From Phoronis australis (Eukaryota > Animalia > Phoronida): 64,000 bases of DNA. The stretch lies in assembly GCA_002633005.1 (NCBI GenBank), contig NMRA01000183.1, forward strand, positions 291,371 to 355,370, in the 5' to 3' direction. Numbering within the stretch: position 1 is the first letter of the stretch; each line of letters opens with the position of its first letter. A program made the translations under genes and the position numbers. The notes beneath the pieces are model-generated. The model made no database searches and was not told the DNA's origin. It was given only the letters and a program-made list of their open reading frames with translations. This document shows, piece by piece, positions 52,401 to 63,251 of this stretch.

Positions 52401-55400
52401 CTCTAGCGTTCAAGTAGCATGTAGTTGTTTACTTCTGTTTTCATTTAGTGTATCAGTTTGCACTAGATCTTAGGTGCCACTTAATTATCCTTTATTAGCA
52501 AGTTGTCACGTTCTGTTTAGATCTTCAGGAACTTGTATTGAGTAGGAATCTTCACTCTGTAGTATGGGAGGAGTGTAGTGTTGTTACATTCGAATAGTAT
52601 AAATGTAAGGAGTCACTTCCGGTACGTGGATCGTCTGACATACACAATACACGTTAGTTCCTGAGCTAATACTTGTTTTATTAGATTAACTAACGATGCA
52701 ACAGGAATTATTAGGGTTGTTTTTGTGTTCACACTTGTTTATCAGTTGTGGCGTTATCCTCAAAACCTCAATTTAGTAGTATTTTTTTTCTTTTCTTGAT
52801 TACATGTATACTGTAAACACAGTTCTTCAGGAAGTCACTAGGTGACGCTCGCTACACAGTTAAATATTCACGATTTTAATGAGACATAGTGTCTTTAAGC
52901 AACAATCGACAGTACATTACAAGGCGGATTAAGGATTGACAATGACTAGCACGTACAACTTTTGGCATCTGCTATGGCGAAACCGTGATGATAGTCTCTT
53001 GAATAAATCTTTTTTGAATATCGCACATGCACAAATACGAAACACCTCCAGGGGATACAATGTGCGTTGAGGCTTCGGAAATGCCCGTGGTGTTCTCGAC
53101 GTTGTGAATGAGTGCCAACTGGTACACTTCGGGGTATTTTCGTAGCCTCAGACCTCACCGTGGTGAACATTACCTGCGCACGTGCTTTTAAACTGAAGTG
53201 ATACTGAATATCATTATCCAGCTAGTTTAAAAGTCGCATGATCCGCCGTGTGGCTTAAGCCCGCACAGGCAATAATAACGCTTGAACTCCGAGGGGAAAG
53301 TGAGGCTACGGAAATACAAGGTGTTTCCAATGGGACAAGAGCCCTACAAACGCGTAGCTTACAAATTAAAGGCGGCAGAATCATGGATTCCACTGTGGTA
53401 TTCCAGGACGTGACTATTCACGTAAACCGTGGAATTCATGCATGGTGATATAATTTGTACTGTAAAAACGTGCTTGTATGAATTTCTAGAAGAGTTGACT
53501 TTTACTCACAGTTCAAATGGAAATCACAAGTTCATCGAGCGTTACGATACAACAGTTAACAATGTGGTATGTAACTACCAATGGAGGTGTAAACGACAGC
53601 TACTGATTTCTCAGTTCTCAAGTTGTACTCGGTGTATCGAAAATTAATATTCAACTTCAAGTTATAAAAAATCAGACGTTTTGTGAGTTAAACATGACAC
53701 AAACATCTACGTCCTTCAACCAGGCAGTAAGGTTACCTCTTTCCCCATTTCACGTTTGACCCCGACGTCGCAAAACTAAGGTAAAACAATAGGCTAAACC
53801 GGATGTTTAGGTTGATTGTCGCATTACCAGAAAAGGCGCCAAATTTACCTCTAACATTCAGTGGTACAAAATACGTTAGTAGGGAATTGAGACATAATTC
53901 TCAAACTCTCAATCTAAAGTGCCTGTACGACAGATTGGAAGTAATTAATGTACATGTACTCACCATAAATAATCAGGCATAGTAACATGGAACATCAAGC
54001 CAAGGAGACCAATAGTAAATTAACTTAACCGTCAGACCATAGAATTGGCAATTCGTGACGAGCCATTATCCCACACGAAGGAAATGAAGTTGTGTAGGAT
54101 TGCTTTCTGGTGTATGAACTGGATTCTTACTTACTGTCGCATCTGAACTGATGTTTCACATATCCAGCATTGCATATACATTGCTTCTTCAAGGAGTTGC
54201 AAACTGCGTTGGCGACGCACATCGAACCTCCAAACTCGCAAGGCACTGTGCTCGTATCTAAAACATTTCAGGGAATGGGCATAGATGCACGGAAATAAAA
54301 AGGTCAGATAATCACACTAAAATTAAATCATTAGATTTACATAGTTATTAAATTGTTCTACCGAAACCTCAGCCACACGAACGTCATGTACTCCTGTCAT
54401 TAGGCCATAAGCTTTGCATCAGCCGAGTACAATACGGCAACGTGATATTGTTTTCGGTATTCCCCAAAAGGTAGGTCAACTCACAGCGTATGGCAACAAC
54501 CTAAAGCTTCTGAATCTCAACGTCTTTAAGGATTGTGAAAAGGACAGTTTAGTATCCGTCTTTTTTCTATCGCCATTCGAACAACTTTTGCCGATTAGCC
54601 ATTTAACGGAGCAATCGTAGTGATCCTCGTTTTGGAGCGTGTATACTACATGTATTAGGGGTGGAGAATTCAAAAACTGCATCGGGATGAGAGAGATTTT
54701 ATTTCGTCTGTGTTTAAATAATTGTGAATCGGACGCGCTTTTTGCTAAAAATTTTTGTGATAATTAAAGTGAACAACTCACACGTTAGCATACCCGAAAG
54801 GCAGATTTGCCACAGAATGTTTCAAAGGATTGCTTACGAGTTTTCGCGTTTTTAAGGTCTGTCAGCGGAAACAGGTCTCCTAACAAAATTACTGTGAGCA
54901 CACTGCATAATTTTAGAATTCTTTCTCCCATGGTTGACGCCAGTTAAAACGTTTTCGGGTATAATTACCCATTCTACTCGCAAATCACGTGTGTAGGCCC
55001 CTTTTAATGACATCACGGTATAAAGACCCAAACAGCGTGTTCATGTACGTCAGCTTCAGACCGTGATATCCATGCTTACCTTCACACTTGCCCTTTATCA
55101 AAATAAATCCCTGTTTACATTCGCACACCTTGGTTACACCATTACAAACTGCATTCTCTGGACATTTCTGACCTCCTGACTCGCACGGAACGACTACCTT
55201 ACCTAAAATGTAGAAGAGCAAAGTTGTGGCACATTTTCGGAATTTGGTGACCAGGGAGTGTTAATTTCCGTCAATAGATGAAACGGTGAGACATTTTTTC
55301 TGACGTCATTCTGTGACGAGAAAACAGTGTCGGATTTAGAATGTCACGATAGGGGATCAATCACATTACCCAAAGATACATTTTTGTTCAATCCTAATGG

Positions 55401-58400
55401 GGGTCGGGGCACCGGGAACTGGAACCATCGTCAATATAATCGTTTCCTGATCATTGTATTTCACTAATCAATTTCACAAAAAATTAATCACCAGCAATGT
55501 ATTGACATTCTCCTGAAAAGGGACATTTAATGATTTGATCCAAAACCTGTGCTGCCGCCTGCTGATACAGCTAGTGCTTGTTTGAATGACAAAACCAAAA
55601 ACGAGACCAAAACCTCCTCGCTGCCACGATGTGGATAAGGGGTTTCCGCTGAGACGGGCGGGTTTCCCCACGACAGGCAATTAACTCAACCAAAGGGTTA
55701 AGTCACACCACCTGAGTCTTCAACTGTAATCGAAACGTTTGAGAGCTACATAGGGATATGATAATTTGCATTCAAGGCATTCCTCCATATAATCATAATC
55801 AGTACATGCAACAAATAAGCTGAATCCATGTTTGATGTACATTATGCACGTCACTGACAATCACACTAACAGATTTTGCAACCTACTTTCACATTTGTAC
55901 TGATGTTTCATATAACCCGCTTTGCATCTGCACTTTCTCAACAGGATGTCGCAAAATGCATTTTCCGGGCACATGCTCCCTCCCATTTCACAGGATTTCT
56001 CCATTTCTGTAATATGTTAATACAAATTCGATGTGCATTAATTTTTAATATAACGACAAGCAATGGCGAATTGAACACCTATATCCGTAACATTACCGGG
56101 ATTTTCCGCATATTTGAAGACCACTCGATGACACGCCCATGGGCATTTATTTAGAAACATTATGCCAAATAAATGCCTTTTGCGTTTATTTGGTGGTAAA
56201 AATTCTGCTGTCAAATGCCCAGATAGTGTGGAGTTTATTCGGAAATTTCCTCTTAGAAGTCCAACTTTTGGTCACAGATTGAGTTTTGTGGAGCATTTAT
56301 GATTCATAAAAACGAACAAAGTGTTGGCGAACCTGAAGGGCTGTTTCACTTACAAAAATACATATCGCGCTTAATGATGGCATTTGCTTAGCCAAAGCTA
56401 CGACTTTCCGTTTACACGCCTCTCTTTTCAGAATTAACGTACGGGCGTTTATTTTATGTAAGTAAAACACCTGATTTTTTCATTTTCCGATTGTACGCCC
56501 ATTGGCTTATCCGCAGAAAATCCCGGTAGCTATGCTTTGACGTGATTCTCAGACAGCTAATGATGTCAAACTGGAATTTTGCAATAGGAATTTCTAAATC
56601 TAACACAATACTTAAGTACTTAAACTAATTTGCACGAAGGACAGATATATGTTAATTTAAGCAGACTACCCTTTGGTGTACTTGTTGATTTGCTTAACAA
56701 ACATTTACCTAAATACCCTGGTACGTTGTTCATGATTTTCAGCCAGTGGGATTTTTTTCTTCTCAATATGATGTATGAGTGTTTAAATGTATTGAATTCG
56801 CGAAAAACAGTAACTTGCGAAAAAATTGATGCTCAACTATAATTGTAAGAAACTCCGAAACCACCCAGATTTTCCCCCTGATTTAGAGGTTTGTGTTCAT
56901 TCCTCCAGGCTGTTTTTGTAAAGTACGGCAAGATCAGCGAATTCCTCATGTGCTACAGACAAAGCACGTGATTTAAATAGCTCTGACTCGTATTTTACTT
57001 TACGGAACGAGACGTTCTGCTTTTTCTCTTCCTTACCCATGATGCACTTGTTATTGGCTTTCAGTGAGTAACCCGGAACACAGCCACATTTGAAAGACCC
57101 TATAGTGTTGGTACACGTCCCTTTATGTTGGTCACATTTGTTGATGCTGGGGTCCCTACATTCGTCGACGTCTGGAATAATCAGTATAAATCTTGAATAG
57201 AAATGACACTGAAATGTAGCAATAGTAGCAATTTACAACACCAGCATGTCTTCGGATTGACATGTGACGAAGTTACGTAAATTATATTACCTTCACATCT
57301 TGTTTCATCGCCAATGAAACCACTTTTGCACTTGCACGTGAAGTTCCCAGGAGTGTTAATGCAGTCTGCATAAGCGGGGCAACTGCTGTCGTCTTGGCAC
57401 TCGTCAATATCTTAATTAAAATAGAACTTGGTTTACTGCGAAATATACGAATTGTTGATAAGAGGAAAACACAACTAAGCGAACCTTTGAGGAGACAAAT
57501 TTGATTGGTTCACCTCCTACGCTGCGTCACTTACAAACACGTACAAGTTGTAACAGGTTACTACACAGTTTTACATAGACACGCTCGGTCGGCATTGCTG
57601 ACCCAAATTGACTCAATACAGAAGTTGTGTCAATTTGGGCCAGCACAGTGTTGCTTCGATATGTAGTCTATATTCGTAGTTCTGAAAGTATCTCTTACAG
57701 ACATAAAGTCATATCAAAGCAAAATATCAGCGTTACTGTTTTTGTACGTTAAATTTGTAAAAATAACACGTTTGTGAATAGACAAGATCTCGACGGTTTG
57801 AAAACGTCAACTTTTGTTCTTATAACTATTTACCTCACTAGACGTCTTACTTCCCTAAATAGTTCACGGAATAAGTTATAGCATTGACCATTTTCATTCA
57901 TTACTTCTGAAAATTTCAAAAATAATCCAAGTACTGAAAAGAAGTGGCTAAAGTCGTCTCCATCTTTATATTTCCACGCTGATATCGACTCAGCAATCAC
58001 TAAAACCACGGAAATTTGCATATATATTCTAGTAAGACAATGCAAAAGCGACATCAGAAAATTATCTGACTCGTTTTACTACTAGCAAATTTACACTAAC
58101 AATAGAAAGAACAACTACTTTTGTTGCTGCTTCCGCTATTTGAAGTAAAAGTATTTCCACTAATTTAACACTCACCACATTACATTGCCAAGTATAAAAT
58201 TCAATTTTCGTTTTAGCAATGATTTGAGAGGTCATAGCACTCTCAAAGGTTCTATGACGAGATGAACTTTCTAACTGGCATCTTCTGGCAGGAAATGAAC
58301 TTTTCTTGTGTCCTGCATGATAGTTTGCGAATGGAACGATTCCCCCAGTCGCTGAACAGGTCCCTGAGATATTGTGATATTGTTTAAACGGAAATAGTCA

Positions 58401-61400
58401 AGTTCATTATTACATATACATGGCAAATTCCTTATCCACAAACCCTCTACCAGTGCATGTGTAAACTCCTTACCTAAACACTCTCTACCAGGGCCTGTGT
58501 AACCAGGATTGCAAATACATTTGAATCCACCAAGCGTGTTGATGCATTGGGCCTTTGGATCACAACGCGTCGGACTCAGACACTCATTGACGTCTGTTAA
58601 TTGAAGAAAATCTGATATAGTAACAACTTATATCATGCGCCCACCCAGGGGGGGGGGGGCTCGGACGAGCGCCCCTCCCCCACCCACCCAATTGGCAAAG
58701 TGGGCAAAAAGGTCCGCATCCGAGAGACAAAAAGTCCGAGAAAATGGGAGAAATGTCCACTAAACAAGCGCAATCGCGCAATTCACAGAGGTGCTCCTGT
58801 TCTTTTTTTCTTTTTTTTTTAGTCCGCCCGCTCTTTTGTTGGCAAATGGTCCACAACGTCGAAGGCTGGCTGCGCGCAGGAATATGACACTACTGATTTG
58901 ATTTCATGACCAGAAAACACTCACCGCTTGTTCAACGGTAGATGAATATGCGACACGTTTTAGGGTTCGCTTAATTCCAGCAAATTTAAAGACTTGTACC
59001 CAATAATTCTCGGTGTTGCGCACAAATTGGCCGCTCATCTAAATCCTCAATCAATCTGCTGTTCATAAAACCTATGATTCAGGGAGGTTAGTGACGAGTT
59101 TGCATTTGTGTCGGCAAAAGACACAATTGTAGACCAACTCTGCCTAATAATCGCCTTCGGTGATTTTAGGGGTAAATTACACTTGTGATTAAATGCGAAG
59201 CCTAAAATTGGCAAACAATCTACAATTAACATTGAAAAATCCCAGTGCCTGAAATTTCCCAATACAAAACTGCTTCGACTGTGCATCCACTACTATATCG
59301 TCATAAATGTACAGCGACAAGGTGTGTTTCATCATGTCGTGGCGTGTGTGGACCTCTGATTTGTACATTTGCAGCTAATTAAGGGCCCTAAAAGTATCTT
59401 TTTGTTTGGTTCATGAGATAGCATGGGATCTTTTAAGTGAGACATGCATTGCAGACTTGTGTGTAATGCGTCGACAAAATGTGCGATACCTTGTCTGTCG
59501 GCACTCGATTCTCGAACATCACGAACACGACCATAGAATAAGAAGCGTTCTCGGTGCTCAGCGGTACGCTTCACCTGACTGGACATTTAGTGATACCGTA
59601 AATGCTACAGAGATGAACTTCATGTCATTGAACATTTAGTGATACTGTACATGTTCAAGGATAAGCTTCATCTGATGGAACATTTAGTGATACTGTACAT
59701 GTTCAAGGATAAGCTTCATCTGATGGAACATTTAGTGTTACAGTACATGTTCAAGGATAAGCTTCATCTGATGGAACATTTAGTGTTACAGTACATGTTC
59801 AAGGATAAGCTTCATCTGATGGAACATTTAGTGATACTGTACATGTTCAAGGATAAGCTTCATCTGATGGAACATTTAGTGATACTGTATAAGAGGAAAT
59901 CTGCTTTACCACTTAAGTAAAGTATTTACCTGTACAGTTTCGTCCGTCACCTTGATATCCCGCTCTGCAAACACACATAATGCCGATTGTTGAGTTGAAG
60001 CAGTCCGCCCTCGCGTGACAGTTGTTTGTTCCCGTGCATTTTCCACCATCTGCATATCCAAAAGTTATTTATAAAAAGTGCACCTTGGTTAACCATAAAG
60101 TTATCCTATTCGGTACATCTTACCTCAGAAATGGCTCATTGCATTCCCTTAAAACTTTCAGATAAAATTTTACACATTGTTCCTAACAACTAGAAGGAAT
60201 TGTTTTTAAACTTCTCGCATTGGCATTAGGGGCTATGCTGTGATTGATTGCCCAATTCTACATAGTGCAATGTATATATCGACCAACAAATGCTCGTAGT
60301 TCGTGACCAGCCAACTACCATAACATTGGATAGTGAAACTTGTTGTCCGTGGCTTTGTTTTGTCTGGTTAAGTCGAGTTTTCTGAGTTTTTGTCGTGTTT
60401 GGTGGTTGGTTAGCGGGATTTGTGAGCCGGGTTTATAAGACTGTTTATGAATGCAATATCAAAAGCTGAGGTGGACTGATAACGAGCTGTAAGATCTTGT
60501 CGAGGCTCTAAAAGCGCTTTTGATCTAAGTGAGGAACAGATTGAGGGCGCTCAGTAAAACCCTGGCTCGGAGGTCGTTACCCGTACTGGCTATAAGCTAA
60601 ATTTATGTAGTTGTACTGTAGATATAAATAGAATGGCAGTAATTTCGGTTTTGATGAGGACTGCATTAGTTAAATACTTATGATGCCATAATGATTTCGT
60701 CTGGCATCAACAAGCTCCCCGCTTGTCACCGCAGCACCACTTTCTCCGTCACAATTTTACCTCATCCAACCATACTGGCCACACCGTATCACAACTCAAC
60801 ACGTCCATTACATCACCTTCGGCGTACCGAGATCCCTGAAGTCACATCACCATCTTCGCCACCACCATCACTCATTGCAACACCACATACTTATCACTGC
60901 ATTCTCATCGCCACGGCTTCAACATAGCTCACAACCCTCCCAAGATGACAATAAAATTCTATCGTCGCCCCCGACCTTCACCATCAGCACATCACCATAT
61001 CGACCATACATTTCGCGGCGACACTGTAGGGTGTCAGGTTACATCAAATTGAGGAGGCGGTGTGACCTAGTTTGATAGGTGCCTGCTTTCTTTACTCGAG
61101 GTCGTGGGTTCGAGTCCCACTGCGTCACCAGTGGCGGATTTAGAGGGGTGCCAAGGAGGACACGCCCCCTGAAATTCTACCAGATTCCATTTCGCAGTTC
61201 AGTCGTGGGTGCGATTGTCTGACGGCAAAATCCTGGCTAATACTCTGCCCTGGCCGCCCCCTCTAACACAAAATCCTGGATGCGCCCCTCGTCACACTGC
61301 TAACCCTTGAGTCAGTTTTCTAGCTCCTCAGCTCGGTTTTAACTTTGTATTAATAAAGATTAAAAATGGTTCCATGTGGTCAGTGTAATGGGCCCAGATG

Positions 61401-63251
61401 CGCGGCCTGCGCACGTCTGGTACAAGGTGTATCAGGTCGCCTGCAATTTTTAATACTACATCTCAAATTTTGACCTCCCATTTGTTGGTCAACCTATTTG
61501 TTCGAAAACCTACGTATCAATCCGACAGCACACCTTGTACTAGCCCGAAATGGGTCGTCTGGCGCATGGTTCATTTATCGGTGAATGGAATTTCGTACCA
61601 AAGGCAATCGTAGAAATAGAAATCTTTCCGACAAATGAATTTAAGACTACAAAACTTTCGGAATAATGGATTTTCATACTAAAGGACTGTCGGAAAATTG
61701 GGAGGTATCCATTACACCCTTCCCCACCACCTTCACAACATCAATATCACCACTACCGAAACATATCCCCACTTCAGCAGCATTAAAAAGCCTCACAATC
61801 ACCATAGAGCACCACAGTGTCAGTCCAGTCCGCTGTCACATTGCCGTCACCACTCTACTATCAATTACAACATTTTCAATACAGCACTACAGCACTGCAG
61901 CGCAGTCCTTGCAAGACCATGTCATTTAAAATTCTTTTTAAGAGCTGTAACATAATCATTACGTACAAAATTAAAGATGTTCTCACCGGGTCTGCATAAT
62001 CTGTCAGGTTGAATAACGTATCCTTGTTTACAACCGCAGGTGTAACTTCCATTGCTGTTGGTGCATGTTCCTCTGTCGGGGTCACAGTTGTTGAGGTTGG
62101 GGTCTATGCACTCGTTAATATCTTTAACAATAAGAACAATGTAACACAGTGGCAGGCCGTGTCACTCGTTTTCAGAAATCCCGAGCGTTTCTTAATGACG
62201 GGGTTAGCTGGAAATGGAAACTTCGATCAAGAACATGCCAATAATGACGTCATTTACAGGTACAGTTGGAACAGCATCTTCAGCCCATATTCTGGTTTTT
62301 CAAATTACATTTTCGTAACCGATTCGACTCTCTAATGCCGCTAAAGCTATCATACTGGGCAATGCACGTGTATCAGGTAAGCAGGTGCATGTAAGACTGT
62401 TGAAATAAAAGTCTACTCGGTTAAAATAACACGGGAAACCATGAGGTCGTACTATAAATTCACCATACACTGCATTGGCATATTGCTTGCTAAAGTTGCC
62501 GCAGCAGTTATGATGACATGTAACCATTTTAAAGACATGCGTGTTGAGTTGTTAAATAGGTTTCGTTAATTATCTATTAAAAACAGTGTGGGATGCTGAA
62601 CACGCTGTTTGTTTATCACTTTTGCTAGTATTCTGTACATAATGAACAATACGAAGAGATGCCCAATCTGTAGGCTAAGGTTTGCATCACTCGGCCGCTT
62701 CTGGTACGCCCTAACACAAGCAAAGTATACCTGACGATTGAGCTTAAACGTAGCCGTACCAAGTGGTCATCAACCATGAATTAAAAATGAAACCCATCCA
62801 CGCACGCGCAATTATGTTGTTTTGAGGTTTTGTACTTGTTTCATAATTGATTTACGGTATTTTCATGACGAGTCACGAGTCAGGTTGTAATCGACTAGAC
62901 TGCTAGAAACTAGTCCAGACGACTTGTTAGGTATTTCTCAAACTGTGGATGAACATACTAGGCCTACATGTATACTTGACAGTGTGCAAGACATTTTGAC
63001 GATCACCCAAGAATTAAATAGGTCAGTGGTAATTTATGAAAATGAAGTACACGTTGTATTGCACCTACAGATAGACTCATCGATTTCAGAAAAAACGCAG
63101 CATTTTATAATTCATTAGAAATACATACCGATGCAGAAATCCTTGTCGTTAAGAAATCCTTGTTTACATATACATTCGCTTGTGTTCCTGTTGCAAAAGG
63201 CATTCGATTGACACAGCGTCCCTCCCTTTGAACAGTGAATGTTCGACGGAT
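28317..63251 (-). CDS. 3' part of a large multi-EGF protein gene: at least 22 EGF-like exons plus a terminal chitin-binding type 2 (CBM14) exon. The 5' end lies beyond the window.
   Basis: 23 GT-AG exons, all internal ones phase 1-1 (120-141 nt), splice into one stop-free frame of about 970 aa ending at TGA 28317-28319. Each internal exon has six Cys in EGF spacing. Confidence 0.9.
28939..29079 (-). CDS. EGF-like exon
   Basis: VSTVPCSTGGTKCQENAVCDVELKKCSCKDGYVETNGKCVERTQSK, 141 nt. Confidence 0.85.
30484..30590 (-). pseudogene. Probable decayed EGF exon
   Basis: ...KCLKLFSMCYVEGYVIVSGNSCHSE|gtaatc resembles an EGF exon 3' end but lacks several Cys. It sits where the paralog of exon 35413-35535 is expected in the duplicated block. 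Confidence 0.35.
31294..32865 (-). mobile_element. 5'-truncated HERO-clade (restriction-like endonuclease) non-LTR retrotransposon, spanning the assembly gap
   Basis: RT end AFIDDITIV...KSRSLIIRKG...PVKCLGKYYD and endonuclease RPDLVIYS...LIELTIPWE...AHERK..KY...PVEVGCRGF...AEQASCWIW. Possible CTAGA TSD at 31289-31293 and 32866-32870. Confidence 0.88.
31909..32328. other. Assembly gap (N run)
   Basis: 420 N. Confidence 1.
32923..33045 (-). CDS. EGF-like exon (type A)
   Basis: ESIVPCESGGWKCPSQKVCNTKTRTCDCKSGYVIYNGKCE, 123 nt. Confidence 0.88.
33322..33444 (-). CDS. EGF-like exon (type B)
   Basis: ISTVPCEFGGRRCPVNAVCNTTSKECRCLIGYVKYDGKCE, 123 nt. Confidence 0.88.
34921..35186. mobile_element. 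TTAA-flanked Kolobok-type MITE
   Basis: ttaa|AGGGGAAATCAGACATTTTGATGT...ACATCAAAAACGGTTGCTTTCCCC|ttaa, with diverged TIRs of about 55 bp. Confidence 0.6.
35413..35535 (-). CDS. EGF-like exon (type B)
   Basis: IWVVPCKSGGRKCPENGVCDITRKECQCKVGYVKYNGKCE, 123 nt. Confidence 0.88.
36234..36356 (-). CDS. EGF-like exon (type A)
   Basis: ESIVPCESGGWKCPSQKVCNTKTRTCDCKPGYVMYKGKCE, 123 nt. Confidence 0.88.
36632..36754 (-). CDS. EGF-like exon (type B)
   Basis: ISTVPCEFGGRTCPVNAVCNTTSQQCRCLVGYVKYDGKCE, 123 nt. Confidence 0.88.
38297..38419 (-). CDS. EGF-like exon (type A)
   Basis: ESMVACESGGLKCPSPKVCITKTRTCDCKSGYVLYNGTCE, 123 nt. Confidence 0.88.
38518..39827 (+). mobile_element. Non-autonomous Kolobok-like DNA transposon with a THAP relic
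   Basis: TTAA TSD (38514-38517, 39828-39831), AGGCGAAGGCAACC...GGTTGCCTTCGCCT termini and diverged TIRs of about 250 bp. Internal CCCVPGC...SFPKD...RLKKGTIPSL is THAP-like and disrupted. Confidence 0.8.
40869..40991 (-). CDS. EGF-like exon (type B)
   Basis: IWIVPCEFGGRNCPVNGVCNTTRKECRCLEDYVKYKGNCE, 123 nt. Confidence 0.88.
41653..42086. mobile_element. About 430-bp Tc1/mariner-type MITE, copy 2 (inverted)
   Basis: Reverse-complement homology to 9533-9942 and 56096-56526. Confidence 0.6.
42879..43001 (-). CDS. EGF-like exon (type A)
   Basis: ESMVACESGGLKCPSLKVCNSKARTCDCISGYVIYNDTCK, 123 nt. Confidence 0.88.
44459..44581 (-). CDS. EGF-like exon (type B)
   Basis: IWVVPCSSGGRKCPVNEVCNTTRKECKCKVGYLKYNGKCE, 123 nt. 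Confidence 0.88.
46016..46138 (-). CDS. EGF-like exon (type A)
   Basis: ESTVPCETGGLKCSSSKVCNTKTRTCDCKPGYIIHKGKCE, 123 nt. Confidence 0.88.
46616..46738 (-). CDS. EGF-like exon (type B-like)
   Basis: VWTLPCELGGMKCPVSSVCNTTQKQCKCKAGYIRYNGTCT, 123 nt. Confidence 0.87.
46893..47015 (-). CDS. EGF-like exon
   Basis: VTTVPCESGGQSCPENAGCNINSKMCVCKAGYVVFHDECT, 123 nt. Confidence 0.87.
48232..48361 (+). repeat. 5' LTR
   Basis: Identical to 52574-52703. Confidence 0.97.
52574..52703 (+). repeat. 3' LTR
   Basis: Identical to 48232-48361 and preceded by the PPT. Confidence 0.97.
54135..54257 (-). CDS. EGF-like exon
   Basis: TSTVPCEFGGSMCVANAVCNSLKKQCICNAGYVKHQFRCD, 123 nt. Confidence 0.87.
55080..55202 (-). 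CDS. EGF-like exon
   Basis: KVVVPCESGGQKCPENAVCNGVTKVCECKQGFILIKGKCE, 123 nt. Confidence 0.87.
55887..56006 (-). CDS. EGF-like exon
   Basis: MEKSCEMGGSMCPENAFCDILLRKCRCKAGYMKHQYKCE, 120 nt. Confidence 0.85.
56096..56526. mobile_element. About 430-bp Tc1/mariner-type MITE, copy 3
   Basis: TA|CCGGGATTTTC...GAAAATCCCGG|TA. Confidence 0.75.
57037..57171 (-). CDS. Calcium-binding EGF exon
   Basis: (D)VDECRDPSINKCDQHKGTCTNTIGSFKCGCVPGYSLKANNKCIM, 135 nt. Confidence 0.9.
57291..57410 (-). CDS. Calcium-binding EGF exon
   Basis: (D)IDECQDDSSCPAYADCINTPGNFTCKCKSGFIGDETRCE, 120 nt. Confidence 0.9.
58474..58593 (-). CDS. Calcium-binding EGF exon
   Basis: (D)VNECLSPTRCDPKAQCINTLGGFKCICNPGYTGPGRECL, 120 nt. 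Confidence 0.9.
58634..58880. mobile_element. hAT-like MITE
   Basis: Imperfect TIRs CATGCGCCCACCCAG / CTGGCTGCGCGCAGG with an internal G run. TSD unclear. Confidence 0.5.
59582..59890. repeat. 48-bp minisatellite, about 5 near-identical copies plus one diverged copy
   Basis: Unit aacatttagtgatactgtacatgttcaaggataagcttcatctgatgg. Confidence 0.95.
59930..60049 (-). CDS. EGF-like exon
   Basis: (D)GGKCTGTNNCHARADCFNSTIGIMCVCRAGYQGDGRNCT, 120 nt. Confidence 0.87.
61056..61128 (+). mobile_element. tRNA-derived SINE head, interrupted by a MITE and resuming after 61295
   Basis: A-box-like TGACCTAGTTTG and B box GGTTCGAGTCCC. Confidence 0.55.
61129..61290. mobile_element. hAT-like MITE with 5-bp TSD (same family as 3085-3247)
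   Basis: CAGTGGCGGATTTAG...CTGGATGCGCCCCTC, flanked by GTCAC at 61124-61128 and 61291-61295. Confidence 0.75.
61987..62121 (-). CDS. Calcium-binding EGF exon
   Basis: (D)INECIDPNLNNCDPDRGTCTNSNGSYTCGCKQGYVIQPDRLCRP, 135 nt. Paralog of 57037-57171. Confidence 0.9.
63129..63251 (-). CDS. EGF-like exon (most 5' exon confidently seen)
   Basis: PSNIHCSKGGTLCQSNAFCNRNTSECICKQGFLNDKDFCI, 123 nt. Confidence 0.87.

Larger units (their letters stand above)
48232..52703 (+). mobile_element. Ty3/Gypsy (Mag-like) LTR retrotransposon, complete boundaries, intronic
   Basis: Identical 130-bp TG...CA LTRs (48232-48361, 52574-52703), GGAAT TSD, PBS TGGCGACGAG and PPT GGGAGGAG. gag at 48505-49065 with CCHC knuckles in another frame, protease (DTGAS), RT and RNase H at 49161-51401, integrase at about 51350-52297. 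Confidence 0.97.

Noticed and set aside
59582-59920. Regular 48-bp repeat as a CRISPR array or repeat-protein ORF (ILYMFKDKLHLMEHLV)n
   Set aside because: Head-to-tail copies with no unique spacers and no cas genes, in an intron of a eukaryotic gene. The ORF exists only because the unit length is a multiple of 3.
62300-62527. Cys-containing ORF as another module of the EGF gene
   Set aside because: No EGF spacing and no matching phase-1 splice sites found.
10272-63251. Functional link between the convergent ATP-grasp and EGF-CBM14 genes
   Set aside because: Adjacency alone in an animal genome is not evidence, and the genes are separated by about 7 kb of transposon debris.
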